Of a stretch of DNA of 35,035 nucleotides, positions 25,003 to 33,490 are shown piece after piece. The notes below the pieces were generated by a model. That model did no database searches. It was not told where the DNA came from and worked only from the letters and a program-made list of their open reading frames with translations. Within the stretch, counting starts at the first letter, position 1. Each line of letters begins with the position of its first letter. Origin of the DNA: a virus (taxonomy: Duplodnaviria > Caudoviricetes); the IMG/VR virus record IMGVR_UViG_3300021124_000016, positions 1-35,035 of that record; one strand, written 5' to 3'. The position numbers and the translations under genes are program-made.

Positions 25003-26235
25003 TTAAGCTGCAACACGGCAAGCGAGTTCAGGATACAAGTTAGCCCAACCATACAGAACGTCTAAACGAGTAGGAATAGAGTCGTTGTTAATGGTGTATT
25101 GACGAACTACACGCATTGACAGACCGATTTCCTTGTCGCTTGCACGACCTGCAAAGTGAACACCCTCTGGCAACTCAAGGTCGGCTACTGCAAGAGTAAA
25201 CGCATTGCGGTGCATGATGATGTTTTGTGGGGAAACAGTACCAGATTGATTGAAGAAGTTAACAGCAGCACCAGACAACGCAGTAGGAATACTTACGTTT
25301 TGGAACTGACCAGCAGTAATAATAGCTGGAGATACGTTAACTTGGATTGTGCCGCCTGAACCGCTAACTGCTGTGTTTACAACAAAGTTACGCAACTTGT
25401 TAGAGCCATAAGCTTGACGATTTTGTGGGTTAACTGCATAAACGCCAGCGATTGTAAATGTATCGCCTTGGTTCAAAGAAACGCCAGAAGTCAATGTCAA
25501 AGTGATTGTGCTTGAAGAAGCCCAACCGCTTGTCAAGAAACCAGCAGAACCAGTAATAGCAGCAGAACCAGCAAAAGAACCGAATGTGTGTGCTACCACG
25601 TTCTGATCCATTTTCCAGTTCATACCAGCAGAGTCACGACCCATCAAGCCTTTACGATATTGTTCGCCAATTGCTTCCTGTGGAACGAACAAACCTTTCA
25701 AGCTGTCAACGATAGTTGCAGATGTGAATGGCTCAACGATACAGCTTCTACGACCATCACGAGGTGCGCCTTCAGAATCAAGGTAAGCAGCAGCAGTCAG
25801 GTAAGTAATCAAACCTGTTGGAGGAGTACCAGCAACACCAACGATATTGGCTGTGTTGTTAGCAGCTTGCAAAGTACCATCACGGTCAATCTTGTTGGCG
25901 ATAGCAGCTACAGCAGGCTTCAATACACGGTCAGAGAACATATCTAAAGACAATGCCAAATCTTGTGTTGTGAACTGTGTGTCAACGTGGAACTGTGTTG
26001 ACAATGTTACAGGTACTGAAGTTTCGTTGAAATCTTCTACGTTTAGAGCTGGGCCAGTTGTACCAATGAAACGACCAGGTTTACGTACGTTTACTGTGTT
26101 ACCAATCTTACCGCCAACTACAGCGAATTGGTCATCATAGTTACGATCTACTTCAGATGTGAATGTTAATTCGTTTTCTAAGACCATCAACGCTTCGTTA
26201 GTGATCTTGGAAATGGTTAGCAAATTATTTGCCAT
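25003..26235 (-). CDS. major capsid protein (P22 coat-like)
   Basis: MANNLLTISKITNEALMVLEN...KIGNTVNVRKP...RLDVLYGW; 410 aa; follows scaffold. Confidence 0.95.
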   Translation of the reverse strand: MANNLLTISKITNEALMVLENELTFTSEVDRNYDDQFAVVGGKIGNTVNVRKPGRFIGTTGPALNVEDFNETSVPVTLSTQFHVDTQFTTQDLALSLDMFSDRVLKPAVAAIANKIDRDGTLQAANNTANIVGVAGTPPTGLITYLTAAAYLDSEGAPRDGRRSCIVEPFTSATIVDSLKGLFVPQEAIGEQYRKGLMGRDSAGMNWKMDQNVVAHTFGSFAGSAAITGSAGFLTSGWASSSTITLTLTSGVSLNQGDTFTIAGVYAVNPQNRQAYGSNKLRNFVVNTAVSGSGGTIQVNVSPAIITAGQFQNVSIPTALSGAAVNFFNQSGTVSPQNIIMHRNAFTLAVADLELPEGVHFAGRASDKEIGLSMRVVRQYTINNDSIPTRLDVLYGWANLYPELACRVAA

Positions 26236-26267
26236 GATTTATTTCCTTTATGTATTTAAATGGGTTA

Positions 26268-27191
26268 TCAGCGTATACGTTTCGCTTGTCTTGCAGCTTT
26301 CCATTGTGCATAAGTACCGTGAAATGCTCCATTGCCATCAATGAGAACATCTGCTGTACCTTTGCCTGCTGTAAGAGGCTTAATAGGCGCTGGTGCTTTA
26401 CTTCTAGCAACAACTTCCTGCTTGGGTTCTACTTTTGGCGCATCCTTCGCCTCGAACCTCGCTTCTAACTTACCAATTTCTCTAAGAGCTTTGATCGGGG
26501 GCATTGCTGCGATCTTTTGAGCAATATCATCATCTGAAGCTAAGTGATATAGGATTTGAGGGCCTACATCAGACTCTAAAATAGCATCCCTTACAGCATC
26601 GCCTACTACTACGGTGCTAGAAGCTACCATTTCTTCAAAATCAGGCATTTCAGTTTTAGCTTTATTGACACGTTCAGTCCATGCTTGATTAAGTTTTGCA
26701 CGTTCTTCGTTTGCCCTGCGTTCTGCTTCTTGCTTATCTCGCTCAACTAAAGCCTTTTCTGCGCTCCATTCAGCTAATGCTTCTGCATATTCAAAAGCAT
26801 CTTGAAACTGACTAGCTTGAGGTTTTTCACCCAATACGTCAGGCTCTTGATACTGCTGTTGGGGTGCATTTTTGGCTTCAAGCTCTTGCAAACGACTTTC
26901 TAATGCTTGCTTATCTGCTTCAGCTTGTTTGGCACGATTAGTAAGCTCTCGAAAACGCTTTTCAATCTTGGGATTAGATTTGCGATCTTCTGTTGCTTTC
27001 GCTTCTTCTTCTGCTTCTGGTAAATTCTCGGCTTGGGCCTCGACTGATGGCTCTGACTCAGGAGTTTCCTCGACTGCTTCAGCCGCAACAGGGGCTTCTT
27101 CGCTGGCTAAACCAAGTTTTTCAGCATGGAAATCAGCTAAATTATCGGATGTGACTACGTTTGATGCTGTTCTTACAACTTCTTCTGACAT
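26268..27191 (-). CDS. scaffolding protein
   Basis: Acidic coiled-coil; EKRFRELT, GPQILYHLA, SKAPAPIKP; basic C-terminal helix; between portal and coat. Confidence 0.9.
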   Translation of the reverse strand: MSEEVVRTASNVVTSDNLADFHAEKLGLASEEAPVAAEAVEETPESEPSVEAQAENLPEAEEEAKATEDRKSNPKIEKRFRELTNRAKQAEADKQALESRLQELEAKNAPQQQYQEPDVLGEKPQASQFQDAFEYAEALAEWSAEKALVERDKQEAERRANEERAKLNQAWTERVNKAKTEMPDFEEMVASSTVVVGDAVRDAILESDVGPQILYHLASDDDIAQKIAAMPPIKALREIGKLEARFEAKDAPKVEPKQEVVARSKAPAPIKPLTAGKGTADVLIDGNGAFHGTYAQWKAARQAKRIR

Positions 27192-27258
27192 GAGTATTCC
27201 TCAAGAATTAACCCAATGAACCCATTGGTAGGTCATACAAATTCGTTTATATCATTAA

Positions 27259-27276
27259 TGTTGCTTTTTTACAACA
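27259..27276. promoter_or_regulatory. TGTTG-N8-CAACA palindrome overlapping the -35 box of a scaffold/coat promoter
   Basis: TGTTGCTTTTTTACAACA; minus strand TTGTAA-17-TATAAA. Confidence 0.6.
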
Positions 27277-27277
27277 A

Positions 27278-27682
27278 TTAATCTTTGTGTAAAAGTTCAG
27301 GATTCCATATTCTGTAATGTTTTGTTCCATCTTTATCTACAGAAAACTTTAATCCGTGATAACCCTTATCTATTAATTCATCTGTAAAATATTTATCGGC
27401 TTCTTCATGCCCACCCATTTTCATTTTATCTTCATCAATATATCTTTTTATTACTGCGCCTTTACCTGTTGCAGCAACTTCACCAATTTTAGGATTAGTT
27501 GTAAACCAAATTGAATTATCTGCACTATGACTTGTATCAAAGCCGTGTTTTTCTATTTTTTTGGCTGCTTCGTGTGAAGTGCCATGATAAATTGGTATTA
27601 AATTAGGTTTTTTATTTTTAATACCCATCTTTTTTTTATCATGTTCTGCTTTATTTGCAGAAGTTACAATTTCTCTAGCCAT
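27278..27682 (-). CDS. ADP-ribosyltransferase-like protein with N-terminal MAREIVTS leader
   Basis: IYHGTS...IEKHGF...IWFTT...GYHGL pattern of HGT/S-type ART folds. Confidence 0.65.
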   Translation of the reverse strand: MAREIVTSANKAEHDKKKMGIKNKKPNLIPIYHGTSHEAAKKIEKHGFDTSHSADNSIWFTTNPKIGEVAATGKGAVIKRYIDEDKMKMGGHEEADKYFTDELIDKGYHGLKFSVDKDGTKHYRIWNPELLHKD

Positions 27683-29757
27683 TATATTCCTCTTTCTATA
27701 GCTTCTTCTTCAGCCAATTTGCTTTCTCTAAGGTTCATTTTTGCTAAAACCAAAGCTAATTGAGCTTTCATCTGCTCAATTTCTTTCTGAGTTTCAGTCT
27801 TAATAATGGTGTCGTGCGCTGTCGTATCCGTACGCATTTGCGTATCTTCACGTTTAACTTGCAGGCGCATCTTCTCACGCTCTGTTTCAGCTTCTTGTAC
27901 CTGTTGCTGGACAGTTGCACGGTATTTCTTATCCATTTCTTCAGCTTGGATTTGTTGCTGGAGTTGCTGGATTTGTTTCTGAGCATTAGCCAGTTGCATT
28001 TGAACTTGTGGTGGCACAGGTGATTTTTCGTCAATTTGCGCCATAGGATTAAGTGCAGCAAGGCGATCAGCAATAACATCAGCGCCAGGGAAGTCTTGGT
28101 TTCTAAACCATAAGTCACCAATCTGTTGCATCAATGCAGGATCAGCAGCCAAGATAGTTGCCATAGAATCTGCTGCTTCTTGACGCTTAGAGTTGTAACC
28201 AGGGCCTGTATCCATCACAACGTCATATTCGCCTACAGTTACGTCATTTAATACCTTAGACACGCCTTCTTCGTCTTGACCTTGCTGATTGATGGTAATC
28301 ATCTCAGGTTTGCCATCATCGCCAATAATCCGCATGACACGCTCACGGTCATAAATCTTAGGGATCAGATCAAGAATAATGCGCCCTGTGTGACGAATAC
28401 TACGAGTCAAATTGTCGTAGTAGTGGAAGTTAGTCATATCAGTTTGTTGCTGCTGACCTTGTAAGGCTTTGCCTGACATCATGCCTTGTGGCAGTTGGCT
28501 AGGATCAAAGATACCTACAACTGCTTGTAAATCTTGGTTCATGCCTTGTAATGCTGACATTACGCCTGCTGGAGGTGGCTCTGGCTGTATTCTTTGTGGC
28601 ATTTGTGCAATTCTGCCTTCAGAATCAGTCTGCTTATAACGCAAAATAGGCATAGCTTTAATGTTAGCCATTGCCCATTCGTTCTCATGCCCTTCATCTT
28701 GGCCTTCTGCCAATAGCCACTTAGCTTTAGGAGCTAATGCTACAGTTTCAGTCAATGCTGTTGACCAATAGTTATACATACGCTGTGGATCTTTTGCCAT
28801 GCGTACTAGACCAAATTTCTTGTGCTTATCGTCAACTCGTACTTCTTGACCATAAGTAGGCACAATAGGGATGAATTTACCAGCCCATTCGCCTTCTTCA
28901 AGGATTTGCATAGCAGTTAGCTTGCAATACTTAATCTTTTTGCGCCATACATCACGTTTAGAAATAACAGTAATGCCAGCAGCTTCTAATACGTCTTTCT
29001 TAGGAATCTCTGTGGAATAGCCTGTAGTGCCATCAGATAGCTCTAAAAGCATATCTTTGTAGCGTTCTGTATAGAAATACTCAGCTATGCGTATATCTTC
29101 CTTAGTGACCCATTCGCTTTCCGTATCGCCTGTTCCTCTGCTGGAAAACCCTTGGTCATACTCTGCATCGGGGTACATTTTCCTAAATACGTCTTTAGAA
29201 ATAACCGTTGTAATGAGCACTCTCTCGGCATCTGATCCATCTGGTTCAACGCTATTAGGATCAAAATAAACGGTAAAGGGGTTTTCAATACGTTTAATGT
29301 AGATTTCTTGGTCAAAGCTGTCATCCCTTACATAATCTGTAGTAATGCGCCAGTAACCCCAGCCCATCTTGACTGCATATTCAAATGCGTGATCGTAAGC
29401 TTGGTCAGCATCGGATTGATTCTCAATGTGTCTAGTAATGCCTGTAATGATCTCTGCGACCTTCTCATCAGCCTCATTGTTCATGCCATGCACTTTAATG
29501 CGTGGGCGCTGTTGACGTTGCTGATTACAGATTTGACGAATATACGCATCAACTTTATTGATGGTCAGGCAAGGTCTAGCTTCTAAAACACGGCTATTTT
29601 GCACATCTACAGGCCATTGATCGCCTGCTGCAAATCTCACATCATCTAAGGCTTCAGCACGATTATTGCTGTCTGAATCGTTACAAAGTCTTAAAAAATC
29701 TTTAGCTTCTTGGATTCTTCCATCGGATTGTGAGTCTGCAACGCTATCGTATGCCAT
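27682..29757 (-). CDS. portal protein (P22-like)
   Basis: GDQW...RPCLTINK, KDPQRMYNYW, SGKAL, GEYDV...GP.Y.SKRQE; C-terminal coiled-coil barrel; 691 aa. Confidence 0.95.
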   Translation of the reverse strand: MAYDSVADSQSDGRIQEAKDFLRLCNDSDSNNRAEALDDVRFAAGDQWPVDVQNSRVLEARPCLTINKVDAYIRQICNQQRQQRPRIKVHGMNNEADEKVAEIITGITRHIENQSDADQAYDHAFEYAVKMGWGYWRITTDYVRDDSFDQEIYIKRIENPFTVYFDPNSVEPDGSDAERVLITTVISKDVFRKMYPDAEYDQGFSSRGTGDTESEWVTKEDIRIAEYFYTERYKDMLLELSDGTTGYSTEIPKKDVLEAAGITVISKRDVWRKKIKYCKLTAMQILEEGEWAGKFIPIVPTYGQEVRVDDKHKKFGLVRMAKDPQRMYNYWSTALTETVALAPKAKWLLAEGQDEGHENEWAMANIKAMPILRYKQTDSEGRIAQMPQRIQPEPPPAGVMSALQGMNQDLQAVVGIFDPSQLPQGMMSGKALQGQQQQTDMTNFHYYDNLTRSIRHTGRIILDLIPKIYDRERVMRIIGDDGKPEMITINQQGQDEEGVSKVLNDVTVGEYDVVMDTGPGYNSKRQEAADSMATILAADPALMQQIGDLWFRNQDFPGADVIADRLAALNPMAQIDEKSPVPPQVQMQLANAQKQIQQLQQQIQAEEMDKKYRATVQQQVQEAETEREKMRLQVKREDTQMRTDTTAHDTIIKTETQKEIEQMKAQLALVLAKMNLRESKLAEEEAIERGI

Positions 29758-29759
29758 GC

Positions 29760-30179
29760 TTATTCCTTGTCTGACTTAACTGGGTGGCGATACATTGAAT
29801 GACTAATTGAAAAGTCTTTATGTTTGCCTTTGTTTTCAACAAATCCATGTTTTTTGTAAAAAGCCTTTAATCTATCTACAGAAGATGCGCCAAAATCTTT
29901 AGATGGGCTTAAATCTATGCGCTTTCCATGTTTATCTGCATGAGCAGTTAAATCAGACATAAATTGAGAACCAATCCCTTCGCCTCTTTTTTCTTTTGGA
30001 ACAACAATACGGCTTAATTCAATAGCATTTTTTCCGCTATAAACATCTGAAATAACGCCATGCTCTTTATATTTTTCAGATATATGTTTTACATCTTTTG
30101 GCTCTTTATCAGCATTTGGATTCATCTTTTTATTGATGTAATCTTCACGGTTTTCTGAGGTAACAATTTCTCTAGCCAT
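29760..30179 (-). CDS. GNAT-family acetyltransferase with N-terminal MAREIVTS leader
   Basis: LSRIVVPKEKRGEGIGSQFM (motif A); RLKAFYKKHGF (motif B). Confidence 0.85.
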   Translation of the reverse strand: MAREIVTSENREDYINKKMNPNADKEPKDVKHISEKYKEHGVISDVYSGKNAIELSRIVVPKEKRGEGIGSQFMSDLTAHADKHGKRIDLSPSKDFGASSVDRLKAFYKKHGFVENKGKHKDFSISHSMYRHPVKSDKE

Positions 30180-30214
30180 ACAATCCCTTAATCTTTGCCC
30201 GATTTTAAGACATT

Positions 30215-30232
30215 TGTTGTGTTTTTACTACA
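30215..30232. promoter_or_regulatory. TGTTG-N8-CTACA site overlapping the -35 box of a promoter before the GNAT/portal genes
   Basis: Minus strand TAGTAA-17-TAAAAT, same register as the sites at 27259 and 2618. Confidence 0.5.
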
Positions 30233-30236
30233 CATT

Positions 30237-31526
30237 TTAGCCCATCCAGCTTGCTGGCAGTTGATAATTAGCTTTCTGTTTTGGCGCTTTTCTAGGCTCA
30301 TTGACCATTAGCCCGATGTATCTAAAAGCATCCGCTCCGTGGCTGTAATTGTTGTGCAAGGGCTTTTGACTAAATTGCTTGGTGTCAGGATCTACGTCAT
30401 AACGATAATGGCGCAGGCATTGCAAGCCATCGTAACAGTTATTGCGATCAAACCAGCACTTATTAAAGATCATCCTAGCAGCATTGATTGAATCTACTAT
30501 TGGCGTACGTTCAATGACTCTAGTGTTATATCCCGCAGCTCTAACAATTTCTTCGATACTTCTGCCATTAGAAGATAATGTTTTATTCCCTGCATCATGA
30601 GGCAACCAAAGAGTGTCGATAACGTATCCATATTCTTGTATTTTAGCAAGATAGTGGGCTATTGTCTGCTGGGTGTTCTCGTAATACCGTATTAGTCTTG
30701 TTTCCATGCCAATAAACTGAACAAACCAAATAGCAGTAGCATCTGCCCAGCCCAAATCAAATACAGCGTGAACAGGCTTAATTGGATCGTAGGGTACATT
30801 AGTTATCCTTCCATCTAGTTCTGCTAGATTCATCTCTTTAGCAAATATAGCACCATCTACTGTTTGGCGGCATAAACCTTCCCAAACTGTATTGTAAGCA
30901 TCCCTATCCCTGCTAAATAGGGCATCTTTTTCTAATTTGAGCGTATCAGGAAACCAGGGATTGTCTGACCAATTAACTTTGACAGTCTTGCAGTTTTGAG
31001 GCGGATTAACCACAAACCTCTGATACGTTTCATCGCTTTCGAGTTCTGGGTTAAATGTGACCCAAATTTCAGAGCCTTCTTTTCGGATCGTAGGTATGAG
31101 AATGTTCCATGAATTACGGCTGATTGAGGCACTTTCCTCTGTCCAACAAATGTCGACCCCTTCGTATGATTTGATGTTTGCCGTATTGTTCTTAAGCCCA
31201 ACGAACGCAAACTCCGTTCCATTCTTCCCTCGGATGGATGTTTGAGTAACTTCATAAAAACTTTCTAACTTTAATTCTACGATTTGATCTGCTAATAGTT
31301 TATGAACAGATTGGCCTATCGAGTTTTGAAACTCACGGGCGCAGAGAACCCTAGTAGGTTTTTTAACACCAAGCACAAGTAATGCCCTAGCGACACCCCA
31401 AGATTTAGCGCCTCCACGACCACCATAAAGCACCTTATAGCGCATTGAATCAAACAAAAATGCAAGCTTATGTGGGAATTCAACGGCAGATAACGATTCC
31501 CGAATCTCTGATGTGATTTCACTCAC
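30237..31526 (-). CDS. terL: terminase large subunit (PBSX/Terminase_3-like)
   Basis: YGGRGGAKS Walker A, CAREFQNSI, WTEES Walker B, TFNP; nuclease DLG..D and HGADAFRY. Confidence 0.96.
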   Translation of the reverse strand: MSEITSEIRESLSAVEFPHKLAFLFDSMRYKVLYGGRGGAKSWGVARALLVLGVKKPTRVLCAREFQNSIGQSVHKLLADQIVELKLESFYEVTQTSIRGKNGTEFAFVGLKNNTANIKSYEGVDICWTEESASISRNSWNILIPTIRKEGSEIWVTFNPELESDETYQRFVVNPPQNCKTVKVNWSDNPWFPDTLKLEKDALFSRDRDAYNTVWEGLCRQTVDGAIFAKEMNLAELDGRITNVPYDPIKPVHAVFDLGWADATAIWFVQFIGMETRLIRYYENTQQTIAHYLAKIQEYGYVIDTLWLPHDAGNKTLSSNGRSIEEIVRAAGYNTRVIERTPIVDSINAARMIFNKCWFDRNNCYDGLQCLRHYRYDVDPDTKQFSQKPLHNNYSHGADAFRYIGLMVNEPRKAPKQKANYQLPASWMG

Positions 31527-31809
31527 TTGGCTTTACAAACCTGACTTCAATAGCATTAATGATGGAATTACCATCAGCATCTTCTAAGCTTGTAGATTGA
31601 TGTGATTTACCATCTAAACGATCAGCTATCTCTTTAACTGCCCATGCTTCACCAGCTTCAGCCAGATCAAGCACCTTGTCAGCAGCGTTGCGTAATTTCT
31701 GTGGGTTCTGTGCAATAGCTCGTCTAAGCGCATCCTGAAAGGGTTTACCTTTACGATGATTGTCGTTCCCTAAAGGAGCGCCTACACGATTAATTGACTT
31801 TTCTTCCAT
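31519..31809 (-). CDS. terS: terminase small subunit
   Basis: GAPLGNDN...A..GEAWAVKEIADRLDGK; overlaps the terL start. Confidence 0.8.
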   Translation of the reverse strand: MEEKSINRVGAPLGNDNHRKGKPFQDALRRAIAQNPQKLRNAADKVLDLAEAGEAWAVKEIADRLDGKSHQSTSLEDADGNSIINAIEVRFVKPSE

Positions 31810-31820
31810 CTTTTTGATTT

Positions 31821-31838
31821 TGTTGTTTTTTTACAACA
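31821..31838. promoter_or_regulatory. perfect TGTTG-N8-CAACA palindrome upstream of terS
   Basis: TGTTGTTTTTTTACAACA in a 30-bp intergenic gap. Confidence 0.55.
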
Positions 31839-31839
31839 C

Positions 31840-32040
31840 TTACGATAGTGAAATATCAGGCTCTTTAGGAGCTTCATCTTTCTGTTCTGTAGGAGGATTA
31901 GATGCTTGGATTTGAGCTACTTGTGGTGCTGCTTGCCCATGAATCTTTGCGATCAATCCTGCTACATCTGCATAAGCTTGCTGACTAATGTGCTTTAACG
32001 CTGCTTCTACTTCAGCAATTTCTAAATATAGATTAATCAT
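31840..32040 (-). CDS. hypothetical protein
   Basis: 66 aa, ATGA-coupled. Confidence 0.7.
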   Translation of the reverse strand: MINLYLEIAEVEAALKHISQQAYADVAGLIAKIHGQAAPQVAQIQASNPPTEQKDEAPKEPDISLS

Positions 32041-32180
32041 TTCTTTTTACCTTTCTTGGCTGCTTCATTCTTAACTGCGTAGCTAATCGCAACAGCTTGC
32101 TTTACTGGCTTACCAGCTTTTACTTCAGTCTTGATGTTTTCTTTAAACGCTTTGGCGCTTGTGGATTTCTTTAGTGGCAT
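32037..32180 (-). CDS. small Lys-rich protein, 47 aa
   Basis: Manual ORF MPLKKSTSAKAFKENIKTEVKAGKPVKQAVAISYAVKNEAAKKGKKK*; coupled at both ends. Confidence 0.8.
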   Translation of the reverse strand: MPLKKSTSAKAFKENIKTEVKAGKPVKQAVAISYAVKNEAAKKGKKK

Positions 32181-32455
32181 TAGCAGTTCCAGTTCTTTAG
32201 TGATGCCTTGGCTCGTTCTGCTGGGCCTTTGGCTTTTTTAACAACGCCTTCCATCCTTGCACAAAAAGATGCTTTACGACCTTTATCTTTTTCTGTCTTA
32301 GGATTTGGGGCAGGGGCTTTTAAATGACTTTTGTTCTTGGCATTGTATTCAGCACGACCTTTGGCAGTCATACCAGCGCCTTTTTCCGTAGGGTTGTATG
32401 TCTTACCCTTACCAGTAGTCTTATGGGCAATAGATTTATCGTGCTTTGTAGCCAT
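32180..32455 (-). CDS. small basic phage protein (DUF6321-like)
   Basis: GMTAKGRAEYN...LKAP...RKASFCARM...SLKNWNC. Confidence 0.75.
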   Translation of the reverse strand: MATKHDKSIAHKTTGKGKTYNPTEKGAGMTAKGRAEYNAKNKSHLKAPAPNPKTEKDKGRKASFCARMEGVVKKAKGPAERAKASLKNWNC

Positions 32456-32781
32456 TATTTCTTCGCAGTCTTAGCAGATTCTTTAAATGCTTTAGCTGTA
32501 GGAGCACCTTTAGTGCCAGGTTTACGCATCTTCTCTACAGGCTTGCCTTCTGCCTTTTCTTTCTTAATGCGTTCTTGTTTAGCATGAATATTGGCATATA
32601 AGCCAGGTTTAGTAGCCACGGTTTTTTCCTTTCGGGTGGTTGCTTTCTTAAGTTGTGGTTTTTTTACAACATCTTTAAGTTGTTGCTTATTTACAACAAA
32701 TTGTTTTGGGGCTGGAAAAGGCCAAGGTAATTCTGCTTTAGGCTTTTCTTTTGCAAATAAGCGCTTAATCCATTTAATCAT
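32455..32781 (-). CDS. Lys-rich protein; possible second in-frame start at GTG 32619
   Basis: C-terminal half KPGLYANIHAK...MRKPGTKGAPTAKAFKESAKTAKK has its own AAGGA RBS. Confidence 0.7.
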   Translation of the reverse strand: MIKWIKRLFAKEKPKAELPWPFPAPKQFVVNKQQLKDVVKKPQLKKATTRKEKTVATKPGLYANIHAKQERIKKEKAEGKPVEKMRKPGTKGAPTAKAFKESAKTAKK

Positions 32782-32782
32782 A

Positions 32783-33103
32783 TTATTCCCCATCTACCCA
32801 GCAAACGTCTTGCCAGCTCATTAAAAGACACTTTTCACCATTATGGTTAATAGGTGTGAATTTCAAATATTCCTCTTTGGGATCGTCATTCATAGTGCCA
32901 AAACGCACCCGTTGACCTACTTCAACAGGCATTGCTTCTCGTCTTGTGGTTGACAATCTCTTGCCAGGCCCTACTGCGACTACTGTTCCCATATTCTCTG
33001 CTTCTTTATTGTTTACAAGAATTACAGAACTTAAAACACGAACATCTGGGCGGACTATTATCTTGTCCCCCAGAGGTTTAAAAGTTACAATTTCATCAGC
33101 CAT
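32783..33103 (-). CDS. groES: co-chaperonin GroES (Cpn10) homologue
   Basis: FKPLGDKIIV...GTVVAVGPG...VEVGQRVRF. Confidence 0.9.
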   Translation of the reverse strand: MADEIVTFKPLGDKIIVRPDVRVLSSVILVNNKEAENMGTVVAVGPGKRLSTTRREAMPVEVGQRVRFGTMNDDPKEEYLKFTPINHNGEKCLLMSWQDVCWVDGE

Positions 33104-33130
33104 CTCAATATTACCCTATTGTTGTGGTTA

Positions 33131-33173
33131 TACAGCCTGTAGCCCTTTACCGAGGACTATGGGCTGTAGTTTT
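33131..33173 (+). terminator. long hairpin with T-tract, oriented antisense to the late operon
   Basis: TACAGCCTGTAG/CTATGGGCTGTA plus CCT/AGG; G-U pairs only on the + strand; followed by GTTTT. Confidence 0.45.
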
Positions 33174-33174
33174 A

Positions 33175-33441
33175 TTAGCAGCCGTCTTGTGCGTGTGCAG
33201 TACGGACATGTGAATAAACTTCACGCTCACCCATATTGCCATCGTTCAATTCGCCTAACTTGCCTTCAAAGTTACCAGCGTGAGATAAAGGGCGTGAACC
33301 CATTGCATCCATTTTGCCCATAGCAACGCCACCAACTAGCTTTTGTTTGCGCTCGCCAGACATATCAGAAGCAGTAGCGCCTTTAGGTAATTTCTCACCA
33401 GTTGCGCCTTTAGTACCCTTCATTGAATCCATTTTGCCCAT
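33175..33441 (-). CDS. hypothetical Gly/Met/Lys-rich protein
   Basis: AAGGA RBS; internal repeat MGKMD(S/A)M. Confidence 0.75.
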   Translation of the reverse strand: MGKMDSMKGTKGATGEKLPKGATASDMSGERKQKLVGGVAMGKMDAMGSRPLSHAGNFEGKLGELNDGNMGEREVYSHVRTAHAQDGC

Positions 33442-33490
33442 GATTTTTCCTTTAAGATGGGGTTAATACACTACGAATAATAATACTATT

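Noticed and set aside
12194-31255. Numerous + strand and alternative-frame ORFs over structural genes (e.g. 12194..12601, 21346..21849, 25588..25947, 26872..27219, 30932..31255)
   Set aside because: Shadow ORFs explained by codon bias of the real genes; no recognisable motifs or operon coupling.
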